19,642 nt of DNA, taken from NCBI GenBank assembly GCA_048884785.1, contig JBHLQM010000014.1:1-19642 (forward strand), given 5' to 3'. Source of the stretch: Candidatus Thorarchaeota archaeon (GTDB taxonomy: Archaea; Asgardarchaeota; Thorarchaeia; Thorarchaeales; Thorarchaeaceae). Shown piece by piece: positions 15,382 to 19,642 of this stretch. Each line of letters opens with the position of its first letter. Position 1 is the stretch's first letter. Position numbers and translations under genes: made by a program. The notes under the pieces are model-generated. The model was not told where the DNA came from. It did not search any database and was given only the letters and a program-made list of their open reading frames with translations.

Positions 15382-16038
15382 CTAGAACGACATTTCCACC
15401 GGCGGGCCCATCGTGGTCTTTACCACAATGTTTCTGATTCTTCCGATCAAATCCTTGCTTCTCACAAAGTCTAGGACCGCAACGATGTTGTCTGCTATCT
15501 CCTTATCATCCATCTTCATATGACCCACTTTTACATGGAATGTCGGGGTGTTTCGCATTCTGATTCTCACTGTTCTTTGGTATTGACCGACTATTGCAGT
15601 CAAATCAGCCTGAGGCGGAAATGGTCTCGGCATTTTTCCTCGGGGACCTAATGCCTGTCCGAGGTATCTACCAACTAGAGGCATTGCATCTGTTGCCGAG
15701 ATGAAGAAATCATACGTTTTTGCTAGGTTCTTCCTCTCTTTCTTCTCTTCGCCGAGTTTAGGAATCTCTTCCTTGGAAACAACATGTTCAACGCCTGCAT
15801 TTCGGGCGTTATCTGCAAACTCGCCATCTCCAAATGCGCAAACCTTTGCAGGCGGGAATAGAACATTTGGCAGGACCAATTCTTGGCTAAGTCTGTTTTC
15901 GGGCTTGGACACATCCAGTTCTTTCTTTCTGAAATTGACTGCTAAATCAAAGCTCTGCTCGAACTTTACGCCCTTCTCAACGCCTTTCGTGCGTGCCTCT
16001 CCCACTGCAGCTTGAATTGAATCTGTGTTATATGACAC
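15382..16038 (-). CDS. rpl1: 50S ribosomal protein uL1
   Basis: FEQSFDLAVN, LGQALGPRGKMP, VKTTMGPP. GTG start. Confidence 0.98.
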   Translation of the reverse strand: MSYNTDSIQAAVGEARTKGVEKGVKFEQSFDLAVNFRKKELDVSKPENRLSQELVLPNVLFPPAKVCAFGDGEFADNARNAGVEHVVSKEEIPKLGEEKKERKNLAKTYDFFISATDAMPLVGRYLGQALGPRGKMPRPFPPQADLTAIVGQYQRTVRIRMRNTPTFHVKVGHMKMDDKEIADNIVAVLDFVRSKDLIGRIRNIVVKTTMGPPVEMSF

Positions 16039-16041
16039 TGT

Positions 16042-16545
16042 CTAAGCCTCCCTCAGTGGTTCATTCAACTGCTCATCCCAGGTTCCTGCAAGGACTTCTT
16101 TCTGAAACTCTTTAGCAGATTTCCCTTCAATTGTCACACCCATTGAAACACAGGTGCCTGATATGATCATTACAGCAGTCTTCATGGTCAATGCCGACAG
16201 GTCGTTTGCCTTCGCCTTTGCAACAGCCTTCAAATGGTCTATTGTCAGGTTACCAATGGTCTTAGTATTGGGTTCACCAGATCCCTTAGCTGCACCAATC
16301 TCCTTGAGAATGAGAGCGCTAGTGGGAGGAATCCCAACCACAATCTCGAACTGCTTGGTTTCCTGGTCTACAATGATATCCACTGGAACCTTTAGGCCTA
16401 CAAAGGCCTGGGTTTCCTCGTTTATTTTATTCACAACTGCCATTATGGCCACACCAGTTGGACCAAGAGCTGGACCTATAGGGGGGCCTCCGGATGCCTT
16501 GCCGCCTTCAACCATGGCACTAATCGTGATCTTCTTTTCGCTCAA
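16042..16545 (-). CDS. rpl11: 50S ribosomal protein uL11
   Basis: VEGGKASGGPPIGPALGPTG, VGIPPTSALI, GTCVSMGVTIEG. TTG start. Confidence 0.98.
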   Translation of the reverse strand: MSEKKITISAMVEGGKASGGPPIGPALGPTGVAIMAVVNKINEETQAFVGLKVPVDIIVDQETKQFEIVVGIPPTSALILKEIGAAKGSGEPNTKTIGNLTIDHLKAVAKAKANDLSALTMKTAVMIISGTCVSMGVTIEGKSAKEFQKEVLAGTWDEQLNEPLREA

Positions 16546-16783
16546 TTATTTCACGACTCCTGATGCAGTAACCTCTTGATGTTCACAGACATCGCGATAT
16601 GGTCGACCTCCAGGACAAAACTAGTAGGATATCCTGTGCAGTCTACTGCATTACTTGTCACTTTTCTTCACCCCAGACATAGTCGTCTATGCTCTATGTC
16701 GGTTTAAGGAGCAGGCCAATCGACGAGAGATTATGTTTTAAGAGTTGCGGACTGACTATATCATTATTTCATTGGATTCGAAT

Positions 16784-17710
16784 ATGAAAACCTCAGAATG
16801 CAAGGAGGAGGAGAAAAGACTGTCAGATTTTCCTATTAACTGGAGTGATTTACAAACACCCGAAGAGATGGATATCAATCGTTATTTTGAGTATGACTCG
16901 TTTGCTATGGAGATGTTCAAGAGATGGCTGCCAGTTCTAAAGGAGTCTTCCGAAATTCTTGAAGTTGGTTCCGGAAGTGGTTTCTTCACCGGAAAACTCC
17001 ATCAGTTATACCCCAAAGCTGCCATTACATGTCTGGAACCAGATCCCAAGCTTCGAAAAACCTTGCAAGCAAAATTCAAAGATTTCAGAATAATCGAATC
17101 AACCTTAGAAGACTTGGAATCCGAGAACATCTTCGATATGTCAATCTCTCATATTGTAATTCATAATCTGAGAGATGCGCTCGCTGGAATTCGGAAGATG
17201 AAACAGGCAGTAAAGAAGAATGGATTTGTCGCATGTATTGAGCCAACACAAGGCTGGAGACATATTCTGCCAGACGACGACGTTAGAAACGCACTTGATA
17301 TTCTATGGAAGTTTAATGAAATAATATGCAGAAAAAGGTCGGAGGGTATGGGATCTGAGGAACGTCTGAATCCCTTTACGTATTCATATCCAGAATTCTT
17401 TGAGGAGCTAGGACTCAGAAACATTACCTGTTATGGCTGGTGCTCGATTTTCACATTATCCGATAATCGCTTTGACTTTAATGAAAGAAAGAGATGGATT
17501 CGGAGAAGAAAGGATCTCTATCTATCGCGAAAGGATGAGATAACAAGAATCCTCGAAGAATCTGGCATTGAATCCGAAACTATAGAGGGTGCCTACAGTA
17601 CTATCTTCGATTATTTTGGCACACTTGAAGATGCAGATGAAGAAAGTCTATCTCATATTCATGAACAAGAGATAGTCAATCGAGTTATAACAATCGGTCA
17701 GAAATCCTGA
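16784..17710 (+). CDS. Class I SAM-dependent methyltransferase
   Basis: Motif I ILEVGSGSG, ITCLEPD, FDMSISH.VIH, AVKKNGFVACIEP. Start uncertain: TTG 16745, ATG 16784, or CTG 16820 after GGAGGAG. Confidence 0.85.
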   Translation: MKTSECKEEEKRLSDFPINWSDLQTPEEMDINRYFEYDSFAMEMFKRWLPVLKESSEILEVGSGSGFFTGKLHQLYPKAAITCLEPDPKLRKTLQAKFKDFRIIESTLEDLESENIFDMSISHIVIHNLRDALAGIRKMKQAVKKNGFVACIEPTQGWRHILPDDDVRNALDILWKFNEIICRKRSEGMGSEERLNPFTYSYPEFFEELGLRNITCYGWCSIFTLSDNRFDFNERKRWIRRRKDLYLSRKDEITRILEESGIESETIEGAYSTIFDYFGTLEDADEESLSHIHEQEIVNRVITIGQKS

Positions 17711-17712
17711 AT

Positions 17713-18399
17713 TTATTCATGAGACCAGAACGAGTCCTCATCCTCAAAGTCCTCATCAAACTTACCTGCATCGATAGGTTCTTCTTCCTCAGCAGCCTCT
17801 TCAGCAACTTCCTCTTTCTTCGCTTTTTCAATAATCTTTACGAAGTCTGCGTGTGTGCGGAGAGGGATTGTGTGCGGACTGTCCAGCAGTTCAACAATGA
17901 GTTCCTCTTTTGCTGAATCAACTCGCGTGATTCTTGCACGTTCTCCTTTGAACGGTCCTGAGGTAAGTTCTACAACATCTCCAGTATTGAGACCCTCAGC
18001 TGCTGGCGGTGGTACCAAGAACTTGTCAATCTCATCGAAGGATACTTTCCCGCCTACTCTTCCACGAACATGCGGGACTCCGGAGATGGCAATCTCCACA
18101 TCTCGGAATTCTAGGGTTTCGAGGAAAACATATCCTCGCAGGGTTTCTGGAACTAGGATTGCCTTGACACGGCCTAAGAGTTGATTTCTTGAAACAAGTT
18201 TCGGATCACCGGTCTTCTTTGCCTTCGAGCATTTCTTCATGTGGCTCTTTGTGTCCTTATCAGTGGCAAACTCCTCACTACACCACGGACATGCCCATAC
18301 ATCTGTTTCACCGACTACTGCTGTGGTAATTAGGTCAGTCACGCCACGTTCCTGCCCTATAGTAGTCCTAACTGCATAGATACTGGTCTTTTCCTGCAA
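17713..18399 (-). CDS. spt5: Transcription elongation factor Spt5 (NusG family) with a zinc-finger insertion and acidic tail
   Basis: NGN domain (IYAVRTTIGQE ... AILVPETLRGYVFLE) and KOW domain (GDVVELTSGPFKGERARI). Located after secE, with SD GGGAGG and TTG start. Confidence 0.96.
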   Translation of the reverse strand: MQEKTSIYAVRTTIGQERGVTDLITTAVVGETDVWACPWCSEEFATDKDTKSHMKKCSKAKKTGDPKLVSRNQLLGRVKAILVPETLRGYVFLETLEFRDVEIAISGVPHVRGRVGGKVSFDEIDKFLVPPPAAEGLNTGDVVELTSGPFKGERARITRVDSAKEELIVELLDSPHTIPLRTHADFVKIIEKAKKEEVAEEAAEEEEPIDAGKFDEDFEDEDSFWSHE

Positions 18400-18433
18400 A
18401 CCTAGGCCTCCCTAATTACTGTATTCTGAAATT

Positions 18434-18622
18434 CTAGCCTTCTCCAAGACCCCATCCAGAAGTGATGAGAGTCATGAGAATTTGGATGATGAAGCTCAAC
18501 ATCCCGACTAGAAACATGGCCGCCAGGCTAACCTTTGTACTCATCCACAGCTCGCCTCTGGCTGGTTTTGTTGCCAACTTGAGAATCCGTCTGCTTTCTC
18601 TGATGAAATCGCCTAGACCCAT
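18434..18622 (-). CDS. secE: Protein translocase subunit SecE/Sec61-gamma
   Basis: MGLGDFIRESRRILKLATKP..EL...K......VGMLSFII. Lies between ftsZ and spt5. Start moved to ATG 18622. Confidence 0.93.
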   Translation of the reverse strand: MGLGDFIRESRRILKLATKPARGELWMSTKVSLAAMFLVGMLSFIIQILMTLITSGWGLGEG

Positions 18623-18724
18623 TGCTGTTTCACAATCCTGCTTTGAACTGATAGGAACAGTTCTTGGAGTGATTTGCACTCGGGATGGTCCGCTTTTAAC
18701 CCTTGCTGAGTAGCTAATATTGTA

Positions 18725-19642
18725 CTAGCTCAACCTGCTAATACCAAGGTCTGTTTTCAGGTCATCTACAAGGGGAGAAACTGGTTCGGATTCTGAATCG
18801 AATACATATGGCGAGTTCACTCCCGATGCTATGATAGTTACCCTAATTTTATCTTCGAGTTCAGGGATTATGAGAGCACCGTAGATTACCTCTGCATCTG
18901 GATTGGCTTGTTCAGTTACAAGCTCAACAACGCGTTTTGCCTCCATAAGCTGGAGATCACTGCTACCGCTTACATTCACAAGGATATTTCTAGCATTCTC
19001 AATCGAAACATCAATGAGAGGATTCCGCAGAGCATTATAGACAGCTTCCTCTGCTCTCTCTTCGCCTTGTCCTTCACCTAGGGCAATTATGGAGACGCCC
19101 CCGTTTCTCATAGTAGTCCTAACATCTGCAAAATCAAGGTTGACAAGTCCGGGCTTGGAAATTAATTCAGCAATGCCCTTGACAGCACGTACAAGCACTT
19201 CATCAGCAACCATGAATGCCTCTGGCATTGATAGATCTGGAGCAATCTCAAGGAGCTTTTCATTCGGAATTGCAATTAGCGTATCCACGTGCTCCATTAG
19301 TGCATTTAGACCTCGTCGAGCATTCTTCTTTCTTGTCGCCCCTTCAACTTCGAATGGCAGACACACAATTGCCACAGTTAAGGCGCCATTCTCTTTTGCA
19401 GCCTTTGCCACGTGAGGTGCTGCTCCAGTGCCTGTTCCTCCACCCATTCCAGCGGCAATGAATACTAGATCCGCATTTACTACATCCTTTATTGTGTCAT
19501 ATGTTTCAAGTGCAGCAGTTTCACCTAAATCAGGATTATTTCCTGCACCAAGCCCGCCACAGGTCTCTTTGCCCAGTAGAAGCTTGTGATGGGAATTACA
19601 AAAGTATAGATCTTGGGCATCAGTGTTGACAGCAAGGGTTTC
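18725..19642 (-). CDS. ftsZ: Cell division protein FtsZ (5' end outside the window)
   Basis: The frame stays open to the window edge: [27 protein letters not shown] (tubulin signature), NLDFADV (T7 loop), C-terminal DLGISRLS. Linkage to secE-spt5 is typical of archaeal FtsZ1. Confidence 0.98.
   Translation of the reverse strand, partial: ETLAVNTDAQDLYFCNSHHKLLLGKETCGGLGAGNNPDLGETAALETYDTIKDVVNADLVFIAAGMGGGTGTGAAPHVAKAAKENGALTVAIVCLPFEVEGATRKKNARRGLNALMEHVDTLIAIPNEKLLEIAPDLSMPEAFMVADEVLVRAVKGIAELISKPGLVNLDFADVRTTMRNGGVSIIALGEGQGEERAEEAVYNALRNPLIDVSIENARNILVNVSGSSDLQLMEAKRVVELVTEQANPDAEVIYGALIIPELEDKIRVTIIASGVNSPYVFDSESEPVSPLVDDLKTDLGISRLS

Noticed and set aside
1-19642. CRISPR array, transposase, integrase, rRNA or defence system
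   Set aside because: No regularly spaced repeats or recognisable recombinase, Cas, defence or rRNA sequence seen. The remaining short ORFs in the track overlap well-supported genes and are treated as shadows.

Overview
Archaeal chromosomal window. Shine-Dalgarno and BRE/TATA signals, the archaeal stalk proteins and Spt5 support this. An Asgard, possibly Thorarchaeota-like, origin is my inference from overall protein style and is not proven here. The right end holds the conserved ftsZ(partial)-secE-spt5-rpl11-rpl1-rpl10(P0)-rpl12(P1) cluster on the - strand, split between spt5 and rpl11 by an oppositely oriented SAM methyltransferase. The rest is a patchwork of accessory and housekeeping genes (ketopantoate reductase-like, VIT1/CCC1, membrane-anchored M14 carboxypeptidase, MFS, DinB, thiL, COG1031-like radical SAM, LamG-like surface protein, wHTH regulator with a membrane partner, HDAC-family deacetylase) around three CCA-encoding tRNA genes: Leu-GAG, Thr-CGT and Arg-TCT. 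Most notable observations: (1) Spt5 carries a C2HC zinc-finger insertion in its NGN domain and an acidic C-terminal tail. (2) tRNA-Arg(TCT) has a 28-nt BHB intron in the D-loop. (3) The 3' end of tRNA-Leu is duplicated 1.1 kb away, bracketing a single gene with no integrase in view. (4) An unannotated 29-aa ORF has a perfect SD and alternative hairpins over its stop codon. (5) The radical SAM gene seems to need a non-canonical (CTG/ATT) start. (6) rpl11 has a long structured leader. No complete new multi-gene system is evident.
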